Origin: Planctomycetota bacterium
Lineage (GTDB): Bacteria > Planctomycetota > B15-G4 > JADJEK01
NCBI GenBank assembly: GCA_044225365.1
Contig: JBGAIQ010000005.1
Coordinates: forward strand, 174,713 to 238,712
Length of the DNA: 64,000 bases
Direction of reading: 5' to 3'
Made by a program: the position numbers and the translations under genes. Under the pieces are notes generated by a model, which was not told where the DNA came from, did not search any database, and was given only the letters and a program-made list of their open reading frames with translations. Shown piece by piece: positions 11,603 through 20,871 of the stretch; the stretch's first letter is position 1; every line of letters starts with the position of its first letter.

Positions 11603-14479
11603 TCAGGGAACGATGGTGGAGCCTTCGATGTGAGACGCAACGGACCCGGGCCCAGTCGCTCCCGCCTTCGAGATTCCGGTCGCGAAGTACTGCAGGAAGA
11701 CGACCGAACCGACGCCGAAATCGCCGCCACCGATCGGAACCTGGATCTCTCGCCGCCCCGAGGCGGGCAGGGTGACCGGGATGGAGAAACGGCCGGGGAT
11801 CCTGGGAGCGAGCAACCACTGCCGAGGGCCCCTCTCATCGACGAGGAGCGAGCGCGAGGCGACCACGAGTTCCCCTCGCGACGATCCCTCCCCCACGATC
11901 ACGACCCGCGTCGACTCCGACATCGACGGCGCGGACTCGAAGGTGACGGTCGGCCGGGAAGCTACGACCGAGAAGCGGGACGTGGCGTCGCATTCGACCG
12001 CCTCCGCGATCCCCGTGCTCTTCTGGACTCGCAGGCTCGAACCCTCGGCGAGCTTCGCGATCGCCCCGCCATCCTTGCGGAGCACCGACGGGACAGCGGC
12101 GCCGGAGAACTCGACGGCGGCATGCCGTAACAGCAGCGCCGGCGCAATGCTCGTTGCGACGCTCGAATTCATCAGCAGCGCGAGTCCGGAATTCACTTCG
12201 AGGCCTGGGGCGGGAGCGCTGCCGGCCGGAAACTCGCTCGGATCGGGAGTCGCGATCGCCGACATCGAAATGGTGAGGATGCCGGTATCGAGCACGATCG
12301 AGCCGCCGATCTGGCTGCGCCCGAGGTGCACCGCATCGCAGTGATCGATCGCCAAGGCCGGACCCGGATGAAGAAGGGGCGCGATCGTGAGTCCGTCGAG
12401 CACGACTCCCGTCTCGCATCGTCGAATCGAGACCGTGCCGCGATCCCCCTCGACCTCGAATCCCGAGACTCGTACCGGAGGACCCGCGGCCACGTCTTCG
12501 ATCGTAATCCCACCCTGCTCGATCCTCACGCTCCCGGCGTTCTTCGCGAGCAGAGCGACTCCCTTGTTCACACGGAATCCCGAATACACTCCGCCCGCAA
12601 CGAGGACGACGTCGCCGGGCGAGGCGGAATCGATGACCGCCTGGATCGAATCCGCGCCGTTCTTGGTCGCGTCGACGAAGATCGTCCGCGCACGGGAGCG
12701 CACGGCCGAGTCATCGATGGTGTGAGTGCGGGACTCGAAGGGAAGGAGGTTCGGAAGGAGCGGAACCGCGAGCACCGCGATGGACGAGAACCCGAGGGCG
12801 GACCACTCCGCTATCGAGATGCGGTCCGGGGCCGTCCCACGTCGCCGGAGCGCGATGCCGCCCAAGAACAATGCGATCGTCGAGAGTACCGCACCTAGCA
12901 AAGTACTTTGTGAATGGTACTCGATCGAAAGGTCGTGGCGGCCTGCGGAGAGACGCAGGGCGAGGAGTCCATCGCGAATCTCGATGGGCACGATTTCGCC
13001 GCTGCCGGAGCGCTTCGCGACGAACCCGGGGAAGCCGTTCTGATTGACGACGAGCGTGTCGTCGCGTTCGAGCGCGGCCTGGACGTGGATCGAATTCACG
13101 GTCCGAGCGACGACGACGTCGCCGCTCCCGTTCGCGAGGAACACTTCGCCGCGATAGATCGGCGAATCGGAGGAACGTACCGCGCCCCCCGATGCGAGCC
13201 GCGAATCCGCGCCGGGATCGCCGAGGTCGTCGCGCGGCGCCGAGATCTTGCGGTGAGCTGCGGCGGGGATCGCGGTCACGAGAACGACGAGAAGCAGCGA
13301 GAGATTCGGTGCATTCGCGACCCGAGCGCGACGCAGCCACGTCTCGAGCGCTTCGACTCCGAAGCCTACGAGCAGCGACAGGACGAGCCCAGCGGGTACG
13401 CATACGAACGCCACCGCTTCGGCCGTACCGGTCGCTTCGGGTGAATGCAGGGCGTTCCACGGATTCCCGATCGGGCCCCTACCGAGTACAACCGCGAGGA
13501 GGAGCGCCCCGGAGACGACGAGTACCCCCGCGCGACGCGGACGGAACAGCAGACCAAGCGCGGCGAGCACGACGCAAGGCGTGCCGAAGTTGCACCCATA
13601 ATTCCCACCCGCTGGATCGAGGAACGCCTCGCGAAGGAGGGAGAACGAGATCGGCCGCTGCGCTGCGAGGGAATTCGTGTCGTGCGAAGCAAAGCGCAGG
13701 ACCTCGCAGATCGGCAAGAGCCGAACGAGCGCGCACGCCGAGCCGAAGAGGAGGAGCGTGAGGCCGATCGCGAGCGGACGCCAACTGCGCGCGATCGCCG
13801 CGTCGACCGAGGCATCGACCGCGACGATTCCGAGGAAGAGCACGAAATGGTCGAAGCCTCCCGCGAAGACGACCGCGGCGAGTGCGAACCCGCCCAGAAC
13901 GGCCGCTCGGTGATCGCGCACCCCCACGCGGCGCAGCGTGAGGATCCACGGTAGGAATGCGTACGCGAACAACGCGTTCGGTGCGCCGATCTCGACGTAC
14001 AGGGGAATTGCCGACGACGCGATGCACGCCAGCGCCGGCGCGAGCCGAGCCGAGCCCTTCAATTGGAGTTCACCCGCGAATCGCCAGGCGCCGAATCCCA
14101 GGAACATCGCGAGCGGGACGATGAGGAGCTTGAAGGCGAGGCCGACGCCGAAGACCCACGCGAGCGGGGTCACGAGCGACAAGAACATCGAGTCGGGATG
14201 TCCGAATGCCACTTGCCCGCCACGCCGCCAGGGATTCCACATCGGGAATTCGCCATCGCGCACGAGGCTCGTGAGTTCGGCCTGTGCCTCCCCGAAGAAC
14301 GCGTTCCAGCCCTTCGAAGTCAGCGGATCGACCACCTGGAGTCGATGCGCGAGGCTGAAGATCGCAAAGCCGAGGATCAGCGCAGCCGCGGTCGCGATCC
14401 GTCGGCGATTCGGTTCCAATTCGGTCGGCTCGAGAATGGGCGCTTCTGCCCCCTCGCGCGTGACGACGGGCTGCCTCAA
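11603..14479 (-). CDS. YfhO-like (GT-C fold) polytopic membrane protein fused to a right-handed beta-helix and a C-terminal beta domain
   Basis: GEFPMWNPWRRGG...HP motif, many TM segments, LVVNQNGFPGF and LSAGRHDLSIEY (YfhO C-terminus), then SIQAVIDSASPGDVVLVAGGVY (pectin-lyase-like cap). Confidence 0.65.
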   Translation of the reverse strand: MRQPVVTREGAEAPILEPTELEPNRRRIATAAALILGFAIFSLAHRLQVVDPLTSKGWNAFFGEAQAELTSLVRDGEFPMWNPWRRGGQVAFGHPDSMFLSLVTPLAWVFGVGLAFKLLIVPLAMFLGFGAWRFAGELQLKGSARLAPALACIASSAIPLYVEIGAPNALFAYAFLPWILTLRRVGVRDHRAAVLGGFALAAVVFAGGFDHFVLFLGIVAVDASVDAAIARSWRPLAIGLTLLLFGSACALVRLLPICEVLRFASHDTNSLAAQRPISFSLLREAFLDPAGGNYGCNFGTPCVVLAALGLLFRPRRAGVLVVSGALLLAVVLGRGPIGNPWNALHSPEATGTAEAVAFVCVPAGLVLSLLVGFGVEALETWLRRARVANAPNLSLLLVVLVTAIPAAAHRKISAPRDDLGDPGADSRLASGGAVRSSDSPIYRGEVFLANGSGDVVVARTVNSIHVQAALERDDTLVVNQNGFPGFVAKRSGSGEIVPIEIRDGLLALRLSAGRHDLSIEYHSQSTLLGAVLSTIALFLGGIALRRRGTAPDRISIAEWSALGFSSIAVLAVPLLPNLLPFESRTHTIDDSAVRSRARTIFVDATKNGADSIQAVIDSASPGDVVLVAGGVYSGFRVNKGVALLAKNAGSVRIEQGGITIEDVAAGPPVRVSGFEVEGDRGTVSIRRCETGVVLDGLTIAPLLHPGPALAIDHCDAVHLGRSQIGGSIVLDTGILTISMSAIATPDPSEFPAGSAPAPGLEVNSGLALLMNSSVATSIAPALLLRHAAVEFSGAAVPSVLRKDGGAIAKLAEGSSLRVQKSTGIAEAVECDATSRFSVVASRPTVTFESAPSMSESTRVVIVGEGSSRGELVVASRSLLVDERGPRQWLLAPRIPGRFSIPVTLPASGRREIQVPIGGGDFGVGSVVFLQYFATGISKAGATGPGSVASHIEGSTIVP

Positions 14480-14536
14480 GTCGGTGATCCGCTCAACGAC
14501 GACTGCAGTCCGGAACGACGCAAGAGGCGCAATCGC

Positions 14537-15598
14537 TCACGGCCGCTTCAGGAGCTTCGGGTCGATCGGCTTGTCGAGGACATGATTGAGGATGTCGGTC
14601 GACTCGAGGCGATACGCATCGAATGCGAGCGAGGTGCGCATCTTGGTCGGAAGGACGACGCCGTTGATCGTCGCGGTCTCGAAGTACTCGACGAACAATC
14701 TCTCTCCCGCGAAGTACTCTTCGTGCCGGCGATCCTGCGTCGCCAGCATCGCCACTTTCCGAGTCGACGGATCGACGTAGAGTTCGACCGTCGGACCGGC
14801 GATGGCGGAGTACGGCGCCGGAACCTCGAAACGCAACACATCGTATTCGGCGTTCGTGGGGGCGTAGTCGATCCAGCCCTTGTCCTTGTCGAACGACTTC
14901 GGCGTGAAGGTCTTCATCGAGGACTTGCCGACGTACGTCGGATGAACGTTCGCCTGCGCCAGGATGAACGGCGCGAGCGGCATGAAGGTCTCGTAGGCGA
15001 TCGTGTCGGTAGCGTTCTTCTCGTTCTTCTCGGTCGAGAGGACGGTGAGCTCACGCTGTTCGAATCGATCGTCGCCATTCACCACGGCGAAGAATCGAAC
15101 CAAACGATCGTGTTCGTCGTAGTTCGACGTGATCTGGGTCCGACCTGCGATCGGCAGCGACGGCTTCGCGACGGTCTCCGCGCTGTCGTACGCGCTGTAC
15201 TTTCCGTCGCGCCATTCGACGGTCTCGCGTCGGAAGGAAACCGACTGCATCGACGCGAAGGCCTTCGCCCCCATCTGCGTCATGACTTCGTCGAACACCT
15301 TCTGAGAATCGACCGCCTTCTCGGGCGCACTGATCACCTCGACGATCGGCAGCTTGAAGCGCTCCGCCTTGATCTTCTCGGCTTCCTTCTTCGCCGCTTC
15401 GCGTTCGGCCTCCTTCTCCTCGGGCGTCATCGCCTTCTTGCCACCCTTGCCCCCGGCGCCCCCAGCTTTGTTGCCGCCCGTCGGACCCGCTGGCCCTGCC
15501 TGCGGTTTCTGCGGGGCGGGAACGGGGTGCGTGGGATCGGACTGGGCCGCGGGGAAGGCGATGAGACAGATGGCGATGCTGGCTTTCGCGAAGATCAT
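14537..15598 (-). CDS. hypothetical exported protein
   Basis: Signal-like MIFAKASIAICLIAFPAAQS, G/K-rich linker, beta-rich C-terminus (ELYVDPSTRKV, INGVVLPTK) loosely like LolA-fold sorting proteins. Confidence 0.6.
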   Translation of the reverse strand: MIFAKASIAICLIAFPAAQSDPTHPVPAPQKPQAGPAGPTGGNKAGGAGGKGGKKAMTPEEKEAEREAAKKEAEKIKAERFKLPIVEVISAPEKAVDSQKVFDEVMTQMGAKAFASMQSVSFRRETVEWRDGKYSAYDSAETVAKPSLPIAGRTQITSNYDEHDRLVRFFAVVNGDDRFEQRELTVLSTEKNEKNATDTIAYETFMPLAPFILAQANVHPTYVGKSSMKTFTPKSFDKDKGWIDYAPTNAEYDVLRFEVPAPYSAIAGPTVELYVDPSTRKVAMLATQDRRHEEYFAGERLFVEYFETATINGVVLPTKMRTSLAFDAYRLESTDILNHVLDKPIDPKLLKRP

Positions 15599-15781
15599 GC
15601 TCTTGGACTCCGTTGCTTCACCGCTCCAACTCCTCGGTTCCAAGGAGGCTCTTTGGGCGCCGCCGTGGATGGAACTCTCGGTGGGAGCGATCTGGGTGAT
15701 ACCGGTCTTCGAACACCGAAAGGGCCGCGGATTCGGGGTCCGTGCCCTACGGGGCCCATTAGACCCGATGGCCGAATCCTT

Positions 15782-16897
15782 TCACTCGACGATTTCGTCG
15801 CCGTCCTTGAGTCGAAGTGAGTTCGGATCCTGGACGGCGTCGCCGGCCATTGCGGGTGGGCGATCGTTCTTCATCACCTCCCGCAGCACGATCGTGGCGT
15901 ACGCACCCGGCGGGAGTTCGATCTCGACGTCGAGTTCGGTCGGCGAAGGCGCGCGCACCGATCCCTTCATGGGCACCCGCAGCGGTCGCCGTGCTCCTTC
16001 CAGCTCCGGGCGCGCCTCGAACGCCGCGTGCGTGAGTCCGAGTTCCGTGAGCACGGCCTCCTCCATCGCGAGCGCCTCGCCGGACGGCCGCGTGCACTTG
16101 CTCCCGAACAAAGGACCCGAAGGACTGATCTCGAGAGTCTCGGCGCGCGCCCGTTCGACGTCGGTCGCGACCTCGACGCGGAAGCACGCGCCGTTGCGAT
16201 GCAGCCACGCGAGATCGCCCGAGACGATGCGATCGTAGCCCGGCCCCTTCAGGCGACGATCGAGCACGGCGTTGAAGCACTCGGCCTGGACGGCGCTGAG
16301 GAAGAGCCGTCGCAATCTGCGATCGGGGATGCGCGGTCCTCGCGAGCGATCCGATCCCGCCGCGAGCAGCGCTCGCCCCGTGAGATGGGTGTCGCCGCGA
16401 TCGCCGAAGCGTTGCGGTCCGAACCAGTTCGGGACTCCGCGCCGCTCGAGTTCTCGCATCACGACCTCGGCGTCGTGGAGCCCGCCCTTTCGCACGTTCC
16501 TCACGCGGATCCGAAATCGATTGCCGCGAAGATGGCCGACCTTGAGCTTGTTGCGATGCCGCGCGCTCTCGATCACGCGGACGCCGTCCATCTCGAATCC
16601 TGCCGCGGCGTCCCGCGAGGTCGCGACCGAGAGCCACTGCACGGTCACGGCGTTCGCGTCCTTCAGTCCCGCGTAGCCGACCGCGTGCCGTGGAACGTCG
16701 AACGCACTCGCGATCCGCTCGATCGCAGCAAAGGTTGGAATGCCGCGCTTCTCGATCTTGAGATAGAGGTGCTCGCCCTCGCCGCACGGCAGGTACGCCG
16801 GGATCTCCTCGACGACGAAGTCCTCGGGAGACGAGCGCAGTTCGCCGTCGAGCGGCGGAATGGAAGCCGTGACATAAGGCGCTTGCCAGGGGAGCAT
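15782..16897 (-). CDS. truD: tRNA pseudouridine(13) synthase TruD
   Basis: PEDFVVEE, GEGEH, GYAGLKDANAVTVQW, GNRF, VPNWFGPQRFG, LPPGAYAT; start at ATG 16897. Confidence 0.93.
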   Translation of the reverse strand: MLPWQAPYVTASIPPLDGELRSSPEDFVVEEIPAYLPCGEGEHLYLKIEKRGIPTFAAIERIASAFDVPRHAVGYAGLKDANAVTVQWLSVATSRDAAAGFEMDGVRVIESARHRNKLKVGHLRGNRFRIRVRNVRKGGLHDAEVVMRELERRGVPNWFGPQRFGDRGDTHLTGRALLAAGSDRSRGPRIPDRRLRRLFLSAVQAECFNAVLDRRLKGPGYDRIVSGDLAWLHRNGACFRVEVATDVERARAETLEISPSGPLFGSKCTRPSGEALAMEEAVLTELGLTHAAFEARPELEGARRPLRVPMKGSVRAPSPTELDVEIELPPGAYATIVLREVMKNDRPPAMAGDAVQDPNSLRLKDGDEIVE

Positions 16898-16920
16898 CGG
16901 GTCTCGCGATTCGCGAAGCG

Positions 16921-17781
16921 TCAGTTCGACGACCGATCGTTGCCCCGATCGAGCGCGACCGAACCGCCCCAATTGAACTTCTTGCGCAGCGTCGCGAAGA
17001 ACGAGCGACGGACGATCGTCATCATTCGAAGGGGAGTGGCGGCGCGGCAGAGATGCACTTCGGCGTCGGACTCGACTTGATGGACGCGCTGGCCGTCGAG
17101 CGTCATCGCGAACGATGCGGGCCGCACGCCGCTCCGACGCAGCACGATCTTGCGACTGCTGTCGAGCACGAGCGGCCGCGACGCGAGCGTGTGCGCGGCG
17201 AGCGGCGTGACGACGAACGAGTGCGCAGCCGGTTCGATCACGGGGCCACCGGCCGCGAGCGAATGCGCCGTCGAACCGACCGGCGTTGCGACGATGAGGC
17301 CGTCGCCGCGATACGTCGCGACCTTTTCGCCATCCACTTCGAGATCGAGGGCGATGATGCGGCCCGGGACGCCCGCGGTGGCGACGGCGTCGTTGAGGGC
17401 GCGATCGCGCAGCACGCTGGCGCCGCGTACCCGCACTTCGCATTCGAGCATCTCGCGTTCGACGATACGGCCGTGCCCCGCGAAGATCTGATCGAGATGC
17501 GCGCGACAGTTGTCGGGTTCGAGCTCGGCGAGGAAACCGAAATGGCCGACGCGGATGCCGATGAGCGGGATGGGCGCGCCTTCGAGCAGCGCCGCCGTCG
17601 CGAGGATCGCGCCGTCGCCGCCGAGGACGACGACGAGCTCCGCCTCGCTCGCGTCGAACGGACTGCCGACCGTCTCGTGCGTCCCCACGATCTGCGCGCG
17701 CTTCTCGAGCCACGGCATGAGATCGGAGAATCCGGTGCGGACACGTGGATTCGATCCGTCACCGACGACGTAGACCTTCAC
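16921..17781 (-). CDS. nadK: NAD(+) kinase
   Basis: LGGDGAIL, GHFGFL, ALND, GDGLIVATPVGSTAHSLAAGGP; GTG start after GAGGAGG. Confidence 0.93.
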   Translation of the reverse strand: MKVYVVGDGSNPRVRTGFSDLMPWLEKRAQIVGTHETVGSPFDASEAELVVVLGGDGAILATAALLEGAPIPLIGIRVGHFGFLAELEPDNCRAHLDQIFAGHGRIVEREMLECEVRVRGASVLRDRALNDAVATAGVPGRIIALDLEVDGEKVATYRGDGLIVATPVGSTAHSLAAGGPVIEPAAHSFVVTPLAAHTLASRPLVLDSSRKIVLRRSGVRPASFAMTLDGQRVHQVESDAEVHLCRAATPLRMMTIVRRSFFATLRKKFNWGGSVALDRGNDRSSN

Positions 17782-17807
17782 TCGAACGACCTCCTCGATC
17801 TTTGCGA

Positions 17808-19832
17808 TCAGGAGAGACGGGCCAGTACCGTCGCGACGATCTTCTCGGCCGTGAGTCCGGCGTCTTCGAGGCACTCGTTGCGCAGCGCGTGCTCGATGAG
17901 GCGATCGGGAATTCCAATCGGCAGGACCTTGCCGGCGTTCTTGCCATGCAGCGCGAGCGATTCGAGCACCGCGGACCCGAAACCGCCCATGATCTGATGC
18001 TCTTCGATCGTGACGAGCAGCTTCACCTTCGCGGCGTAGGCATCGAGCAGTTCGACGTCGATCGGCTTCACGAAACGAGCGTTGATCACGGCGGCGTCGA
18101 CGCCCTGCTTCTTCAACAGGTCCGCTGCGACGAGCGCGTCGTAGGCGAGCGGGCCGAAGGCGACGAGCGCCACGTCCTTGCCGTCGCGCAGCACTTCCGA
18201 TTTACCGACCTCGAGCGGTCGCTGACTCGGAATCTCGGGATCCGCGCTGTTGCCGCGCGGATAGCGCAGCGCGAACGGGTGTTTCTGGTCGATGCCGAGC
18301 GCGAGCATCGCGCGCAATTCGCTGCCGTCGCGCGGCGAGGCGAAGACGAGGTTCGGGAACGTGCGCAGGTAGGCGATGTCGTAGCAGCCGTTGTGCGAGG
18401 GGCCGTCCTGCCCGACGAGTCCGCCGCGATCGAGCGCGAACACGACGGGGAGATCCTGGAGCACCGCTTCCTGGAAGACCTGGTCGTAGCCGCGCTGGAG
18501 GAACGTGGAGTAGATCGCCGCGACCGGCTTCGCTCCGCCCTTGGCGAGACCGCCCGCGAACGCGACGGCGTGCTGCTCGGTGATGCCCGTGTCGTGGAAA
18601 CGATCGGGGAAGCGCTTGCTGAACTCGACGAGGCCCGTGCCCTCCGGCATCGCGGCCGTGATCGCGACGACGCGAGGGTCCTTCTCCGCGAGATTGCACA
18701 TCTCGTCGCCGAAGATCTCGGTGAAGCTGCGCGCCTTCTTCGTGGAGACTGCTTTCGCTTCCTTCTTGTCGGTCTTGTCGGCGACCGCGACGCCGCCGAA
18801 ACCCGGGAGCTTGGTGCCGGGATTCACGCCGTGGAGGTAGCGCGTGTCCTTGCCGGTCGGCTCGAGGCCCTTGCCCTTCTTCGTGATGACGTGCATCAGC
18901 TTGACACCCGGAACGCGGCGGATCGCGGAGAACTGATCGATCATGCGATCGATGTCGTGACCGTCGATCGGACCGTAGTAACGGAAGCCGAGTTCCTCGA
19001 AGAGATGGCCGGGAGCGATCGCGGCCTTCACCGCGTCGACCATATCGACGAGATTCTTGTCGAGTCGCTCGCCGAACGGGACGGAGCGCAACAGCGCGTG
19101 GAAGCGTTCCTTCGCCCCGGTGTAGATCGGAGCCGCGCGCAGGCGGTTCAAGTACGAGGCGAGCGAACCCACGGTCTGGCTGATCGACATCTCGTTGTCG
19201 TTGAGGACGACGAGGACGTCGCGGCCGACGTGTGCCGCGTAGTTCAACGCTTCGAGCGCCACGCCGGCGCCGAGGCCGGAGTCGCCGACCACGCACACCA
19301 CGTCTCGATCGCCCTGCGTGTCCTTGTGCACCGCGAGACCATCGGCCGCCGCGATGCCGAGGCCCATCGAGATCGCCGTGCCGGCGTGACCCGAACGCAT
19401 CACGTCGTGCGGCGATTCATCCGGGTGTGGATAACCGGAGACGCCGTCCTTGCTGCGCAATGTGTGGAACTTCGCGGCGCGACCGGTGAGGAGCTTGTGC
19501 GGGTAGCACTGATGACCAACGTCCCAGACGATCACGTCCTTCGCGAAGTCGTAGACGTAATGCAGCGCGATCGAGAGTTCGACGACGCCGAAGTTGGAGC
19601 CGAGGTGTCCGCCGTTCTTGCAGACCACGTCGAGGATCAGCTCGCGAATCTCTTCGGCGACCTGCGGCAACTGAGTACGGTCGAGCGCGGCGAGATCCGC
19701 GTGACCCTTCAGGCGCGGCAGCAGCGCTTCGCGCGCACGCACGTCGTCCGCCGCGGCGGCCGGAACGGCGGATGCCGCGGGATTCGGATCACGGAACGGA
19801 CCGTCGGCCGCGACGCTCAAGGTGTTCGACAT
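17808..19832 (-). CDS. dxs: 1-deoxy-D-xylulose-5-phosphate synthase
   Basis: GGHLGSNFG, WDVGHQCYPHK, GHAGT, LNDNEMSIS, YYGPIDGHD, ITAAMPEGTG, IYSTFLQRGYDQ. Confidence 0.97.
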   Translation of the reverse strand: MSNTLSVAADGPFRDPNPAASAVPAAAADDVRAREALLPRLKGHADLAALDRTQLPQVAEEIRELILDVVCKNGGHLGSNFGVVELSIALHYVYDFAKDVIVWDVGHQCYPHKLLTGRAAKFHTLRSKDGVSGYPHPDESPHDVMRSGHAGTAISMGLGIAAADGLAVHKDTQGDRDVVCVVGDSGLGAGVALEALNYAAHVGRDVLVVLNDNEMSISQTVGSLASYLNRLRAAPIYTGAKERFHALLRSVPFGERLDKNLVDMVDAVKAAIAPGHLFEELGFRYYGPIDGHDIDRMIDQFSAIRRVPGVKLMHVITKKGKGLEPTGKDTRYLHGVNPGTKLPGFGGVAVADKTDKKEAKAVSTKKARSFTEIFGDEMCNLAEKDPRVVAITAAMPEGTGLVEFSKRFPDRFHDTGITEQHAVAFAGGLAKGGAKPVAAIYSTFLQRGYDQVFQEAVLQDLPVVFALDRGGLVGQDGPSHNGCYDIAYLRTFPNLVFASPRDGSELRAMLALGIDQKHPFALRYPRGNSADPEIPSQRPLEVGKSEVLRDGKDVALVAFGPLAYDALVAADLLKKQGVDAAVINARFVKPIDVELLDAYAAKVKLLVTIEEHQIMGGFGSAVLESLALHGKNAGKVLPIGIPDRLIEHALRNECLEDAGLTAEKIVATVLARLS

Positions 19833-19899
19833 TTCAGAGTCTGCACTCGGGTTTCATGGACCGCGAAAGGAGTCCGCGCGACGAATCGCGCACGACCGC

Positions 19900-20805
19900 T
19901 CAAGAAGACCGCTCAAGCATAGTTCCGATCAGGGATTCAATCAATCGACCCCGTGGAAGGCCTTGCGCGATGGTCCGCGCCGCCGCGGATTCGAAACGCG
20001 CCCGCTCACGGGCCGCCTCGATCCCGACGAGCGACGGGAGCGTGGCCTTACCCCGCGCCGCGTCCTTGCCCGTGGCCTTGCCCATCGCCGTAGGGGTCGC
20101 CGTGAGGTCGAGTACATCATCGACGATCTGGAACGCAATTCCCAAGTGGAGGCCGAGTTTCGAGAGATCCGTGGCGACCGGATCGACCGCTCCACCGCAG
20201 TACGCTCCGGCCTCGAACGATGCGGAGAAGAGCGCCGCGGTCTTCATTCGATCGATCGCCAGGATGCTCTCGACGGGCAACGTCTTGCCCTCGGCGGCGA
20301 GATCGCCGACCTGCCCCCCGACCATGCCGACGGACCCCGCCCCCCGCGCCAGCGCGGCGACGACCCTGCCCGCGATCGGCGAGGGAAGCTCGCTCCCGAC
20401 GACTGCGAAAGCGTGGGTCAGCAGAGCGTCGCCGACGAGCACCCCCATCGCTTCACCGTAGACCTTGTGAACGGTCGGTCGCCCGCGCCGCAGATCGTCG
20501 TCGTCCATGCAAGGCAGGTCGTCATGGACCAGCGAGTAGGTGTGGATCATTTCGAGCGCGCACGCGGCGGGGAGTGCGGCCTCGGCGAGTTCGAGATCGT
20601 CGTCACCCGATTTCACCGCCGCGCAGGCCAGCATCGCGCAGATCGGCCGGAGTCGCTTTCCCCCGCCGAACATCGCGTAGCGCATGGCCTCGTGGAGTTG
20701 CGGCGGAGCGACGTCGGCTGCCGGGAGCAAGCGATCGAGTTCACGTTCGACGCACTTGCGCGCGGGATCGAGGAAGTCGCGGGTGAAGTCAACGATCGCT
20801 CGCAA
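19900..20805 (-). CDS. ispA: farnesyl/geranylgeranyl diphosphate synthase
   Basis: GGKRLRP, SLVHDDLPCMDDDDLRRG, FQIVDDVLD, GKDAARGKAT; upstream of dxs. Confidence 0.9.
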   Translation of the reverse strand: MRAIVDFTRDFLDPARKCVERELDRLLPAADVAPPQLHEAMRYAMFGGGKRLRPICAMLACAAVKSGDDDLELAEAALPAACALEMIHTYSLVHDDLPCMDDDDLRRGRPTVHKVYGEAMGVLVGDALLTHAFAVVGSELPSPIAGRVVAALARGAGSVGMVGGQVGDLAAEGKTLPVESILAIDRMKTAALFSASFEAGAYCGGAVDPVATDLSKLGLHLGIAFQIVDDVLDLTATPTAMGKATGKDAARGKATLPSLVGIEAARERARFESAAARTIAQGLPRGRLIESLIGTMLERSS

Positions 20806-20871
20806 GCAGCCTGCCTCTTCGTCTCGTCTTCGTGCTAGGGCCGATCGGCGATTCCGTTCGGCCTACATCCA

